From NCBI GenBank assembly GCA_002269645.1, contig NIVC01000391.1, forward strand, positions 372,001 to 436,000: a stretch of 64,000 nt of DNA. Reading direction: 5' to 3'. Below the pieces are notes generated by a model, which was not told the DNA's origin, did not search any database, and saw only the letters and a program-made list of their open reading frames with translations. Within the stretch, counting starts at the first letter, position 1; each line of letters begins with the position of its first letter. This document shows, piece after piece, positions 24,318-38,099 of this stretch. This stretch comes from Macrostomum lignano. Its lineage: Eukaryota. The position numbers were made by a program, and so were the translations under genes.

Positions 24318-24748
24318 TGTGCTCAGTTACAGGGTGTGTGCTCAGTTACATGTTGTGTGCTCAGTTACATGTTGTGTGCTCAGTTACCGAGTGTGCGCTC
24401 AGAATTACCGAGTGTGCGCTCAGAATTACCGAGTGTGCGCTCAGTTACAGGTTATGGGTGCTCAGTTACAGGTTGGGTGCTCAGTTACAGGTTGGGTGCT
24501 CAGTTACAGGTTGGGTGCTCAGTTACAGGTTGGGTGCTCAGTTACAGGTTGGGTGCTCAGTTACAGGTTGGGTGCTCAGTTACAGGTTGGGTGCTCAGTT
24601 ACAGGTTGGGTGCTCAGTTACAGGTTGGTGCTCAGTTACAGGTTGGGTGCTCAGTTACAGGTTGGGTGCTCAGTTACAGGTTGGGTGCTCAGTTACAGGT
24701 TGGGTGCTCAGTTACAGGTTGGGTGCTCAGTTACAGGTTGGGTGCTCA
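24318..24748. repeat. 20-bp minisatellite GGGTGCTCAGTTACAGGTT(G)
   Basis: About 20 copies; related GTGCTCAG units continue to about 24930. Confidence 0.93.
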
Positions 24749-25507
24749 TTTGCAAGATGTTGGATCAGTCACAGACTTTAGTCGTCCTTGGTCACAGAGT
24801 TTGTGGCCCTTTAAAGGCTGTTTAGAGGCTCAAAGAGTGCTCATAGGGTGCTCAGAGGGTGGTCAGAGGGTGCTCAGTGAGTGCTCAGAGGGTGGTCAGA
24901 GGGTGCTCAGTGAGTTCTCAGAGAGTGCTTAGTGAGTGCTTAGAAAGCGATCAAAGATTGCTCTGTTGCCGCTCTGCGTGTAGCCATGTGGGCAATGAGG
25001 GATTCACAGTCGCCAGCTCAGAGGTTTCTCAGAGGACCCAAACAGCTTCAGTAGGCAAGCATAGGCAAGGCAAAAAAATTACTCCCGCGCACGTTAGTAA
25101 CAGAAAACGCGGCACTGTGGAAGTGGCTGCACAGGTAAATACCGAAGTAGCGGCCTTAAAAAACACGGGACAGGGCTTACTCTCACAACCTGTGTCAGAT
25201 CTCGTTTCACAGAAGCCAGCTGTGCTGGTCTCATAAATTAATAATTCAGACCAATAGCTATTAGAATCAACTGAGGGGCATAAAAGGTCCACCGGAGAGT
25301 TGAGCCCTCCAGCTTCCAGCTGAGTCAGTAGCCAAGAGGCATGAATCAGCAAGTCAAGCGCGCCCTTCAGTTCCGACCGGATCGCTTCAAAGGGAATGCA
25401 AAACTTAGGGTTACTTTGGTGGTTTTTGGGAGCAAAGCATTTTTTATTTACTATTGATCTGTGCTTTACCTTCTGCCACAAACAGCCACCTCACTGACTG
25501 CTACGAC

Positions 25508-25718
25508 AGCCTTGGCATCTCAGCATTCCACGTGAGCCTTGGCATCTCACGTGAGCCTTGGCATCTCACGTGAGCCTTGGCATCTCAGCATTCCACGTGA
25601 GCCTTGGCATCTCAGCATTCCCCGTGAGCCTTGGCATCTCAGCATTCCCCGTGAGCCTTGGCATCTCAGCATTCCCCGTGAGCCTTGGCATCTCAGCATT
25701 CCCCGTGAGCCTTGGCAA
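25508..25718. repeat. 27-bp tandem repeat GTGAGCCTTGGCATCTCAGCATTCC(C/A)C
   Basis: About 8 copies, some shortened. Confidence 0.9.
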
Positions 25719-25819
25719 GCGGACCCACTGACCGCTGTGCTATACTCAGAAACCTCAGTTAAGAACTTTGAAAAAATATAGCAAAGTAATTTATACGCTT
25801 ATAGTTTAGACAATAGATC

Positions 25820-26345
25820 TTTAAGCCATAGACAGTTTAGGCAGGCCTTAGGCACTCTAGGCCATAGACAGTTTATGCCATAGGCACTTTAGGCTATACG
25901 ACGTAGACAGTTTAGGCTATACGACGTAGATAGTTTAGGCTATACGACGTAGACAGTTTAGGCTATACGACGTAGACAGTTTAGGCTATACGATAGACAG
26001 TTTAGGCTATACGACGTAGACAGTTTAGGCTATACGACGTAGACAGTTTAGGCTATACGACGTAGACAGTTTAGGCCGACGTAGACAGTTTAGGCTATAC
26101 GACGTAGACAGTTTAGGCTAGACGTAGACAGTTTAGGCTATACGACGTAGACAGTTTAGACTAGACAGTTTAGGCCATAGACACTTTAGGCCATAGACAG
26201 TTTACGCAGGCCTTAGGCACTCTAGGCCAGTTTAGACCATCGATAGTTTGAACCGTGGACAGTTTAGGCGTTTTGGTCATAGACAGTATAGACCGTATGA
26301 ACAGTTTAGGTCATAGACAGTTTATGCCATTGACTGCGTTGGCCA
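25820..26345. repeat. 23-bp tandem repeat AGACAGTTTAGGCTATACGACGT with degenerate flanks
   Basis: Direct inspection. Confidence 0.9.
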
Positions 26346-27444
26346 TAGATAATTTGGGGCATGAAATATCAGATCTTTAATCGAGCCTCAATAATTACTG
26401 CAATAACCACTTTCGGTACCCATGTTAACGAAAGCTGCCGCAATATTTTCAAAAGGTGAAAATAGTACCAATTATGAAACTGTGGCTAATGTTAAAACTC
26501 AGCAACTATTAGATTTTTCTGTAGTAAAAAAAAACATTGCCCCTTCTTCCTATCTTTTTTTTAATTTGAGCTTTGCAAAACAATTCTATATTTTGATTAA
26601 TGGATTCTAAGCTACCAGTTTTATAGCCCTCTGAACAGTGCAAGGCTCACATCGTTAATACCCTGGAATCTAGCACACCACTCAGTACCGACCCCTTCCC
26701 CCTTACGCAAAGCAGTGAGCAGTGAGCTCTGCGGCTTTTAGCTTAAACCATGGCGCTAGGTCACTTGGAACCGTGTGACGGTGGGATATAAATTATGACT
26801 ATAATAGTCATACTACTATTATGACTATTATGACGATAGTAAATTGTATCTCGGAATAAAAGACCTTCTGCGAACTCGTAATCTAGGATTAACCGTATGG
26901 CAAGTCTTAGACGTATGCACTGATCCTAACAGTTTTTTTATTTGACTGCCAAACTTTACTAGCGTGCCTCCAATTATTACACTTTCGTTCGCTTGTACTC
27001 GTAGCGAAATCTATATTTATCGCGGACAGTTACAGTAGAAGGACGCTGCAATCGACTTTCTTGGAAATGAGCTGCTGGAGGCTGGTAGAGAGAAATCAGA
27101 TTTTTCTAGTGACGATTTGTATGTGGTAAAACCTCATGCGTTCTGGCTCTGCCAGTTCAACTGGATTTTACCATAGACAACAATCAGATAAGCAAGTACA
27201 TAAAATCGTTGAAACTGTTTAACAAAGTACATGCATGCACTTTAATTAAAGACTCTGTTTACTCTGAAACTCTGTCGACTATTTTCATCCGAAATTTCAC
27301 AGTGCAGTTTTCGATTTGGACATCAAAAGTTCATTTGTAGCATCACATTGCACCTTGTTGAATAAGTTAAACTCAAAGTAGGTAGCCTCTTTTGGTTGAA
27401 GTATTGTGTAACTGTCTTTTGCTCGAACTGTCGTTGGTAAGACT

Positions 27445-28075
<631 letters not shown>

Positions 28076-28529
28076 TAGTACATGTAAAAGACACTGAGAC
28101 GGACTCCGTTTTATTCCTGCGCAAATTGTATAACTTGATGTTTAATTATTTTACTTGAAAGCATCCTCACGATGAACTACTTAAAGTAGACCTTTCAGTT
28201 CTTGCAAAATCTTGAATGACAAAACGTACGCGCGTAAGGCATGAAGATTTGAAATCAGATTTAACTTGGATGTGCCTCCCACTTGCCCCTGGCGTAAGTC
28301 TGAGAGTTTTTTACTGGGCAATAAATCATTGATTTTCTCCGTCCCAGGTGCAGGAAGCGGACCATGGTAGAGAACTAAAAATTACAGAGGACTCGAAAAT
28401 AACGAATTTATTCATCTATATGGATGTAGAGCATACACTGTGCGAACAGAAAACTAGCAGCCGGATGTACACATAAACTTCGTCTTCGCTTAGCCGTTCG
28501 TCGCTGCCGTTGATAAGCGAGGCAAGCGG

Positions 28530-28778
28530 GGAATAACGTATTTATTAAATCCTCACTTGGGCCCGGCCATAGACTACAGAAACGTATTTATTGCTCACTT
28601 GGACCCGACCATAGACTACAGAAACGTATTTATTGCTCACTTGGGCTCGGCCATAGACTACAGAAACGTATTTATTCCTCACTTGGGCCCGGCCATAGAC
28701 TACAAAAACGTATTTATTCCTCACTTGGGCCCGGCCATAGACTACAGAAACGTATATATTGCTCACTTGGGCTCGGCA
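28530..28778. repeat. 42-bp tandem repeat (CTTGGGCCCGGCCATAGACTACAGAAACGTATTTATTCCTCA), about 5.5 copies
   Basis: ATAGACTACA recurs every 42 bp; array overlaps the 3' end of the glycosyltransferase ORF. Confidence 0.93.
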
Positions 28779-29805
28779 TAGTGCAGCCTGCGGGCCACCA
28801 GAGCCGACATCCGTAGAACGACACGCCCTGGAAGCAGCTCTCCACCTTCACCGGTGGCAGGCTGCGCGGTGCGTCTCGAAGCGACTTCTCGTAGCTGACC
28901 ACCGGGTACTTGGTGTCCTCGCCGAAGCGCTTGTTCAGGTGGAAGCTCAGCGTGCACGGGTCATAGACTTTGCGCCTGACAGTGGAGTGGGCGCACAGCT
29001 GCTGCAGCTTGGGCTTGGCCGCAAAGTAGTAAACTCCCTGGGCGATGTTGTCCAGATCCCAGTCCTGCCAGGTGATGTCCGGGTCGATGATCAGCAGGAG
29101 CGATGCCCGGTCGGCCAGGTGCTCGTAGATGTAGTCCAGATACAGGCTGCGGAGGGCGGACATGACCAGGCCGCGCTCGACCTCCTCGGTAAAGTTCCGC
29201 TTTATGTAGGAGCCGGGCACGTGCCGGCGCCCGCTGCTGTAGCGGATGTCGATGCGGCACGACAGCGGGGAGTTGACCCGGCCGCAGCCCAGCAGCCGCA
29301 CGTTCGGGTCGGTCAGCGTCATCTTGTGCAGGTAGCTGCGAGTCGAGTCCGTCGAGTCGTTCTCAACCAGCACCAGCCAGGACTCGTTGAACAGAGCTCT
29401 GAGGCGCTGGACATTGTGCATGGAGCTCGGCAGGCCGGCCATGCTGGTGCGCACGGTGGCTGCCACCACCACCGACTGGCTGCGGAGCCACGCCCTGCCG
29501 GCCGCTGCTCGGTGCGAGCGGCTCCTGTCGGCTTCGGAGAGCCGCATGAGCGGCAGCAGCAGGCCGGGCCTGTCAAAGCGGTACAGCGACTCGCGCATGC
29601 GGCGGACCAGACGCCGGTACTGCTCAGGAAAATCGTCCCCTCGAACGAGCTGCTTTGGTTGTAGCAACGGTTCGTGCACCGTCAGACTGGCGGGACTTTT
29701 GAAGTGCAGCTGGACGAGGCTGAGAAGCAGGAAGGTGACGCTGGTCCCCAAGGCCATCCCGGCAATGAAGGACTGGCAGGAGTCGGAAAGCCTTGGCAAC
29801 ATCAT
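28763..29805 (-). CDS. Type II membrane glycosyltransferase-like protein (GT-A fold, CAP59/GT69-like), 3' end frameshifted or truncated
   Basis: N-terminal TM (FIAGMALGTSVTFLLLSLV); motifs VVVAATVR, LVENDSTDSTR, MSALRSLYL, IIDPD (DxD), VYD, VKVESCFQGVSFY; strong GC3 bias; no introns evident. Family call is by motif memory, not a database search. The start could be further upstream (ORF open to 29931). Confidence 0.7.
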
Positions 29806-30997
29806 CTGCTTGCAGTGGAAGCAGAACAGGCATTGTGAAAATCTTCTGATGCATTTGCTAATCATGGCTATGAAATACGCCGTGTATGCCAGCTTCTGTG
29901 TAGCTAGCGAATGACGGCATCTGAGTGCCACTTTATAAGCTTAGAGTAACGCACCTGTTAGAGGCATTTCTCCTGGAAATTTGCTAGCGGATTCACCCTA
30001 CAGCTTCTCTTGGCTAATGACGACAAGCTGGAGTGGTGCGCAGCCCGATTGGCCCAGGGAGGAAGGCGTGAGCAAGGCTCTCATGCGCTGCTCTGCAAAT
30101 CGCAGGTAGTAAGTTTTCCACTGAGCCGAAGTGTTCTAGAACTCAGCTATCACAGAACTCCGTTTTCCCAATGAAGCTGACTGACTGTTTGCGGCCTGTT
30201 TAGGACGAGCTCTGATGCTTTGACAAAGAGAATAATTAATTATTTGTTTCGTTTCATATACGAGTCGATGTCGATGATCTATGCATCACCCAGCCGAGGT
30301 GCAAATTGCAATTTATCGAGGCCTGCATCACTCCAATTATTCCTATCAACGAAAACCCTGTGACGTAATCCGGGCTGCATGAATACACCTGTGCAACCAC
30401 TTGACTCCAGATTCACTTCTGGAGTGAATCGGGCCCCGTCCCCTAGACTCTGTCCGCCTCTGGATGGTGCGGTAGCTGACGTTGCGGCCAAGATCCCATC
30501 ATCTAGACAGCGGGCTCAGGTTGTTGTTTGAAGGTACACACCAGAGGCATGGCCACTACCAGTCACCTGTGCAGGAGCACACCCGGCAAAAACTCCCACT
30601 ACCGATACCGAGACGGGACTTCCGGTCTGTAACAGACGAAGGTTCTTGACCCCAACTGTACTAGAAATGGCCGATTGAGGGACTCTATGCGAGGCATGCA
30701 GGGACAGTCAGTGCTGGAAACGAGGACTGTTGCATTGGGGGGTCTTCTAGCTGGTGAGCGGTTTTAGTCTACGACTAGCGCACCAAGCCCCCCATGGGGG
30801 CATTCAAATTCATAATATTTGACCCAATACTTCCAAATCGATTTTTTCATCGCAGGGTTCTCTGTATTCATTCTATACATATCGCATTTGGCAGTTTCAT
30901 ATTTTTCGATACATATCGGCTTCATTTTTGCCGCTTTACCTTTTTCGATACATATCGGCTTTATTTCTCGGCCAGAAGGTTCTCGAAAGATCCATTA

Positions 30998-31787
<790 letters not shown>

Positions 31788-33724
31788 TTAGTATATAGAT
31801 TCCCCTTCTAAGCCCCAAGGATTCCAAGGGTGGATAATAGATAACACCATCTTAATGTTTTCCTCCTAGATGAGTTCGATGCAACAGGGGATGGGGAAGT
31901 GGCAGCAGGGGATGGGGAAGTGGCAGCAGGGGATGGGGAAGTGCAGGTCCCAGGGCTCTCTCGTGGTGCACATTGTCCGGGAACTTTTTTAGAAGTATTT
32001 CTACTGCTATGATTATTTTGGTTAAGCTCGGCTCATACTCGGTGATCTTCCACTCTGATCCTCAGCTTCTATTTCATGCCCTGCGACAGGCGCACTCACT
32101 ACTCACAATTTCTGCCACGACTCAAAGTAAATACGTCGACAGACAGAAGCCAACGAGCTGCACAGCCAATGCCCTGAACAACTTGGCCCTAAACGCTCAG
32201 TTAATTATTAAAACGGAATTAGGAAGTTAAGATTGACAAATTAGGAGATGCTGATCGCAATGGCGGGAGACCGGGCTGACTTTGAGATCACGCGTCACTG
32301 GATCACGTGACGCATATGCGTGATATTGAAGCCCGTGACCTGTCCTGGACCTCCGTTTTCAAGCAACCCTGATGACGTCACCCGCCAGCCGTGCTGCGAT
32401 TGGACGAGAAATTGGGGTGGGGCGCAGCGGAGAAAAATGATTTATGATTGCGGATTACGTAACAGGCAATAAAAAGCTTGGGAACCGAGAATAGAAAGGA
32501 GGTGGGGTTGGTGCGCGGAGGAGTGGGGTGGGTGATAAGCATGAATCATCACGGGAACGAAGGAATCAAAGGGGAAAAAGGGAGGGTGCCCAAAAATTTT
32601 TGGGGGCCTAGGACGTGCTGCATCACCTGTGTTTTAATCTGCATTCCAAGCTCAAGGACCACTAGAAGTTACTGTCGTATAGAGTATTCATCGGTAAGTT
32701 CTTGTGGCCCTTTGTCCAAGGGAATTGTTCACTTCCTTTGCTAATTCCCTCCAGATACTGAATCTAGAAACCTGGCCTGGCCTGGGAAAACTATACTGGG
32801 TGGGAAGGCAGCTGTTGGAGAGTACACTCAGTACAGGACAGATGTGGCGGAGGAGGCTGGACGGAAGCAGCCCCCTCACGGCGCGTCTCCTCACACTGGG
32901 AGTCTGCAAAGAGCCTGGGAGAGACAACAGTTGAACCGTTTTTAGTTGGGAAAATTTTTGCGGGACAAAAATGTCTCTAAATTCTCCCCTTCACGACTGC
33001 AAGGTAAAGCAAAGAGCCAGCCGTGAGACGCCCCAGTGATGAAGCTAAGAGAGGCTGTTAGTTTGAGAGAGGCTTGCTTTACACGCTAACTGCGGAATCT
33101 TTTATTTCAGCAGTTTTCCCTGCACCTGCGGATGTCTATTTTTGACAGTGTCAGTTATTTAGCTAGTGAGAAAGGGCTGCTGCACGAAGCAGAATATACA
33201 TGTATGAACAAGAATATTCTTCTATAAACGGCATACGAGGTGTGCCAGAAAAGATCCTGGGCTGAACTCGTAATAAATTAGCAGCAAAAAACTGGAACTT
33301 TTCTGACCTCGTATTTCGCACAGTTAATTGGCTTAAAAATAAAGTAAATTACAGACTGATAAGATAAGGTTGCGATAAATTTTACAAATTAACAAATGAA
33401 CCCAGTTGTAACTAGCAATAAAAAGTTATCAGAAGTTTTATCACGCCAAGAAAGCCGATTGAAGGGGCTGCTACACGGAGAGATTGAAAATAACAGATCA
33501 CGTGATACGTTCTGGTGCAGGAAAAATGTACATTCTCAGCGGGCCAACTGATGTACATTGCAGCTAGTGAAGTGGAGGGATGCAGAATCCCGCGATTGAA
33601 TCAATTAGTCGATTGAACATTAAATAATATAAAAATGAGACACTAAACACTCTTTAACCGGTCCATTAAAAAGTTGATAGATAAAGTTAAAGGCAAGTGA
33701 GCATCCTAGATTTTATAAATTTTG

Positions 33725-33985
33725 TTTATCAATGAATCAATCTATTGATCAAATAATCAATCAATCAAGCAGTTCAATCAGTAAATCAATCAACCAATCA
33801 ATCGACGAATAAATAAATAAATAAATCAATAAATCAATCAATCACTCAATCAATTAATTAGTAAATCAATCAATCAATCAAGCAGTTCAATCAGTCAGTC
33901 AATCAATCAATCAACCAATCAATTAATCAATCAAATAATTAGTCAATCAGCTAATCTATGAATCAACCAATCCAGCCTGTCAATC
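33725..33985. repeat. Degenerate (ATCA)n/(ATAA)n microsatellite just downstream of the Ig-protein stop
   Basis: Direct inspection. Confidence 0.85.
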
Positions 33986-34973
33986 AAACACGACTATCCT
34001 TCAAGAAGACACCGGCCTGATCGAGCACAGCCTTTGGTGACACCTGATCCGGCAGGACGTCAAAAGCGAACGGCGTCCAGTTCAAATTGTTGAAGAGGTG
34101 CAGCGACAGCAGGAACAGCGCAATCATCAGCGTCCCGGATACCATGTAGTACTGGTGCGTCTCCAGCGGGAACGACTCCAGGTAGCTCAGCGCTGGGAGC
34201 ACAGTCACGCTGAACTCCATCAGCACTCGACGCTGACTCTTGGTGTCAACTAGGCTGCGCAGCTCCAAACTCCAGCCGCCGTTGCCGACCTCGTGCGAGC
34301 CGTTCAATGCCAGGTGACAGACGGCGATACGCCGGCACGGCACGCTGGTCTCGTCCTGGTGGTACCAAGCCAGGCTCCACTCCTCCTGGGCCATGCCCAG
34401 CGCGTCCAGCGTGTCGGCGACCGGCGCCAGCCAGCTGCTGGCGTTCACCTCAAACGGGTCGCCCTCGCGCAGCGAGAACACCCGGAGAGTCTCCACGCGA
34501 ACAACGAACAGGCACAGGGCCAACCGGGACCCGAGGAACCGGTCGCCGAGCTGCACCCTAGTGTCGTTCGGGCCGGTGGCCAGGCTCAGGTCGAGCAGCC
34601 GGGCCAGCGAGCGAGTCTCCGCGTAGGCCGCGTAAAGCCCGCCGTCGCGCTCGTTGACGTTTTCCACCGTCAGGCGGCCGTCGTCGTCCATCAGGCTCAC
34701 GCGGCCGGTCGGGCCCTCGTCTGTCAGCGCCCGGTCGTGCAGGCGCCACTCCAGGGCCAGCGGCAGGCGGACCTTCTTCACGTGGCTGGTGCCGCGACAG
34801 TCCAGGCTGAGCGAGTCGCCGAACGACAACGTGAAGGAGGTGACTCCAGGCTGCAGCCAGCGGAGGAAGTTCACCCACTCGGTGATGGACTCATCGGCGA
34901 GGTTGCGCTGCGGCCGACTCGTTGGCAGGCGACTTGCGATCAGCGTCAGGAGTAACATCACCGACAACAGCAT
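33984..34973 (-). CDS. Single-pass type I membrane protein with two Ig-like domains, 329 aa, intronless
   Basis: Signal peptide MLLSVMLLLTLIA; Ig hallmarks LSLDC, LEW, GRLTVENV, DGGLY; second domain LAWYH; TM YYMVSGTLMIALFLLSLHLF; GC3-rich codons. Confidence 0.8.
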   Translation of the reverse strand: MLLSVMLLLTLIASRLPTSRPQRNLADESITEWVNFLRWLQPGVTSFTLSFGDSLSLDCRGTSHVKKVRLPLALEWRLHDRALTDEGPTGRVSLMDDDGRLTVENVNERDGGLYAAYAETRSLARLLDLSLATGPNDTRVQLGDRFLGSRLALCLFVVRVETLRVFSLREGDPFEVNASSWLAPVADTLDALGMAQEEWSLAWYHQDETSVPCRRIAVCHLALNGSHEVGNGGWSLELRSLVDTKSQRRVLMEFSVTVLPALSYLESFPLETHQYYMVSGTLMIALFLLSLHLFNNLNWTPFAFDVLPDQVSPKAVLDQAGVFLKDSRV

Positions 34974-35049
34974 CCTGGGTGCGCGTTTGACTGTTGTTTG
35001 ATCAGCTTCTACTTTTATATTTGTCTGCAGATCTGCGCCTTTTCCTGTA

Positions 35050-35697
35050 GTTTACCTCCTGTCGTCACTCTGTAGTTCACTTCTGTAGATCTGTAGTTCA
35101 CCTCCTCTCGTCACTCTGTAGTTCACCTCTTGTCACTCTAGTTCACATATTGTCACTCTGCAGTTCACCTCTTGTCACTCTAGTTCACTTCTTGTCACTC
35201 TGGTAGTTCACCTTCTGTTGTCACTCTGTAGTTCACCTCTTGTCACTCTGCAGTTCACCTCTTGTCACTCTAGTTCACCTCTTGTCACTCTGGTAGTTCA
35301 CCTTCTGTTGTCACTCTGTAGTTCGCCTCCTCTCGTCACTCTGTAGTTCACCTCTTGTCACTCTGTTGTTCACCTGTCGTCACTCTGTAGTTCACCTCCT
35401 GTCGTCACTCTGTAGTTCACCTCCTGTCGTCACTCTGTCGTTCACCTCTCGTCGTCAGCCTCTGTCCTGTAGATCAGTTTCTTTCTGTCTCGTCAGATCT
35501 TTCTTTCTGTGTAGATCAGTTTCTTTCTGTCTGTCTTTCTGTCTGTAGATCAGTTTCTTTCTGTCTGTAGATCAGTTTCTTTCTGTCTGCAGATCAGTTT
35601 CTTTCTGTCTGTAGATCAGTTTCTTTCTGTCTGTAGATCAGTTTCTTTCTGTCTGTAGATCAGTTTCTTTCTGTCTGCAGATCAGTTTCTTTTCTTT
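35050..35697. repeat. Two adjacent about 22-bp minisatellites (CTCTGTAGTTCACCTCTTGTCA; AGATCAGTTTCTTTCTGTCTGT)
   Basis: First array 35050-35450, second 35468-35697. Confidence 0.9.
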
Positions 35698-36246
35698 AGA
35701 TATATCTGATAATTCGCGTCTGCAGATGATATCCCAAGTTTCTGGCTTTCATTTTACACACTTAATAAGAGAAAAAACTTATAAAGTGCTTTCTGTAGCC
35801 CCAGCAGGTGGTAATAAATCATATTTTTTACCATAAACTGTCGTTTCGTCTTGTTGCAGTAGCTTCATAAAAGCACGTTTTTCAACTTTGACTCTTGAAA
35901 TGAATAAAGCTTTGGTTTCTGCTAAAAGATGCCATTGAAGAATTGAATCGGTTTAAGTGCATACAATTTATTCAGGTGACAAGGAAAAACTCTAATTTTT
36001 TACCTAAAAATGATCTAAAAAATAAGGATTCGTTATGCTGAGCCGTAAAATGACTTATCAGTTGGGGTATATATACTCTAAAATACTCTGATTAGTAGTA
36101 AATTGTTAATTAATCTCGGATTTTATCACGGTTAGGTAGTTAAGTCGATCAGTGTGAAGCACAACTTGACTATTCAAGGGTGCTTTGCCTTCTAGTTTAC
36201 AATATTGCCAAAGAGTTCAAGTAAAATTAGCGCATTGGACATGGAC

Positions 36247-36575
36247 GTAGCCATAGCCATAGCCATAGCCATAGCCATAGCTATAGCCATAGCCATAGCC
36301 ATAGCCATAGCCATAGCTATAGCCATAGCCATAGCCATAGCTATAGCCAGAGCCATAGCCATAGCTATAGCCATAGCCATAGTCATAACCATAGCCATAG
36401 CCATAGCCATAGCCATAGCTATAGCCAGAGCCATAGCCATAGCCATAGCTATAGCCAGAGCCATAGCCATAGCTATAGCCATAGCCATAGTCATAACCAT
36501 AGCCATAGCCATAGCCATAGCCATAGCTATAGCCAGAGCCATAGTCATAGCCATAGCCATAACCATAGCAGTAGC
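36247..36575. repeat. (GCCATA)n hexanucleotide repeat
   Basis: Direct inspection; source of the IAIA/MAMA/YGYG ORFs. Confidence 0.97.
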
Positions 36576-37215
36576 CATTTACATTTCTATAATCCCGTAG
36601 AGTTGAAGTTAAAAAAGTTGAAATTGCAGTCAGAGTTGAAAAATGCGAGTTTTTTTTAACCAATACGGACTTTTCAGGATACATAGCTTTGTTACTCAAA
36701 AAACTGGTATGTTTTCCGCTTTGCAAGACTGCATTTTTAGCATTGCTTTAGGAGCAGCAACCAGTTGTATTGAACTCGTATGTCGCTTTGCTGACTAACG
36801 GCTGAAAGGCGAGCGCGCGTAGCTGCATGATGGACAGTCTGCCATTGTTTAGCAATTTGACGATCATTATTCGCATTTTTTATGCAGAACAATACGTTAC
36901 TACAAACAATGCATTGTTTTTAGGATCTTCAAACAGAAAAACAATGCAAAGAATCAGCGGTCGCAGCACGTGACAACGATTTGTCTATGGCTCGCGCCTA
37001 CCGGCGCTCGCCAGACAATCGTTGTCACGCACTGGGACCGCTGATTATTTATCCATTGCTTGAACTGTATTCATTTTTCATCTCTTATTAATCGGAGCAA
37101 AATGTATAATTCTTGAACGCTTACGAGTGCGTCAATGGGCCTTTTTCCGCTTGGGTCTGGCCATGGACTACAGAAATGTATTCTTTTGGAGTTTTATTGC
37201 GCCAAGCATAAAAGC

Positions 37216-37216
37216 C

Positions 37217-37256
<40 letters not shown>

Positions 37257-37263
37257 GGCAGGC

Positions 37264-37304
<41 letters not shown>

Positions 37305-37330
37305 GGCAGGCAGACAGACGGACATGCAGA
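37216..37330. repeat. (GACA/GGCA)n microsatellite ending CAGACGGACATG
   Basis: Direct inspection. Confidence 0.92.
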
Positions 37331-38099
37331 CGGGGCATTCTGAAAAGCGCATTTTTCTTTGCACTTCAGCAGTTTTCGCTCATAGCCGCTGCCAGATTCA
37401 GTCGCAGATACTGTATCCACTCAATATACTACTGAAATCAGTGGCAGATGCTAGAAGGATGATAAAACTAAACTATACGGAACTAATTTGAAGCTGATTG
37501 GAAGCTCAGAGGAAGCTATGATGCTGCTAAGAATATGCTAATGGGAAGCTTAGAGGAGGCTAATGGGCAATGCCTTGAGGAGGCTAATATTCGAATATAA
37601 TATGCTGAAAGAGATCAAGAATTTTTCACAGTTCTCGTGAGCGGGCCACTTACCCAACGCCAAGCCGTTCGAAAATCTTCCAAGCTCGCGCCCTGTGTTT
37701 AAATTCATCTCTCCTACCTCCCCGAATCGCAGCCGAAATCGGATTAGTTGATAAGGGAACACCCTTAATTTCCCAGAAGATAATTACATTTTTTATCTCT
37801 GATTAAAATTTTTTCCTGGTTTTAAAATCTCATCTCGAAAAAGGCGCGCTCTGAATGAGTCTGGGAATGCCTAGAAAAACAGGTTGCCCCAGTTGCCTGG
37901 GGAAAAGATCCCAACCCCAAATCCCTGGCTCTGCTCCCCACAACCCCAATCAGTCGGAAATTTGTCCGGCCTCTCTTGGATATAAATTCGCCTCTGCAGC
38001 AGCGGCTGATGATCAGTCTCCGAGCACTCTCGGAGTGTCTGTAGGTAACAGAACGCGAAATTGGAAACTGACAAGTGAGTTGCTTCTATTTTTTGAGCC

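Noticed and set aside
25029-25481. 150-aa ORF in unique sequence between repeats
   Set aside because: No recognisable motif and no GC3 bias like the real genes in this window.
32285-32410. Cluster of CACGTG, TGACGTCA and ATTGG motifs resembling a promoter
   Set aside because: No adjacent gene start can be linked to it; short motifs occur by chance.
32704-32934. Short ORF with an LRR-like stretch (PRELFTSFANSLQILNLE)
   Set aside because: Single motif, GTG start, no supporting exons or splice pattern.
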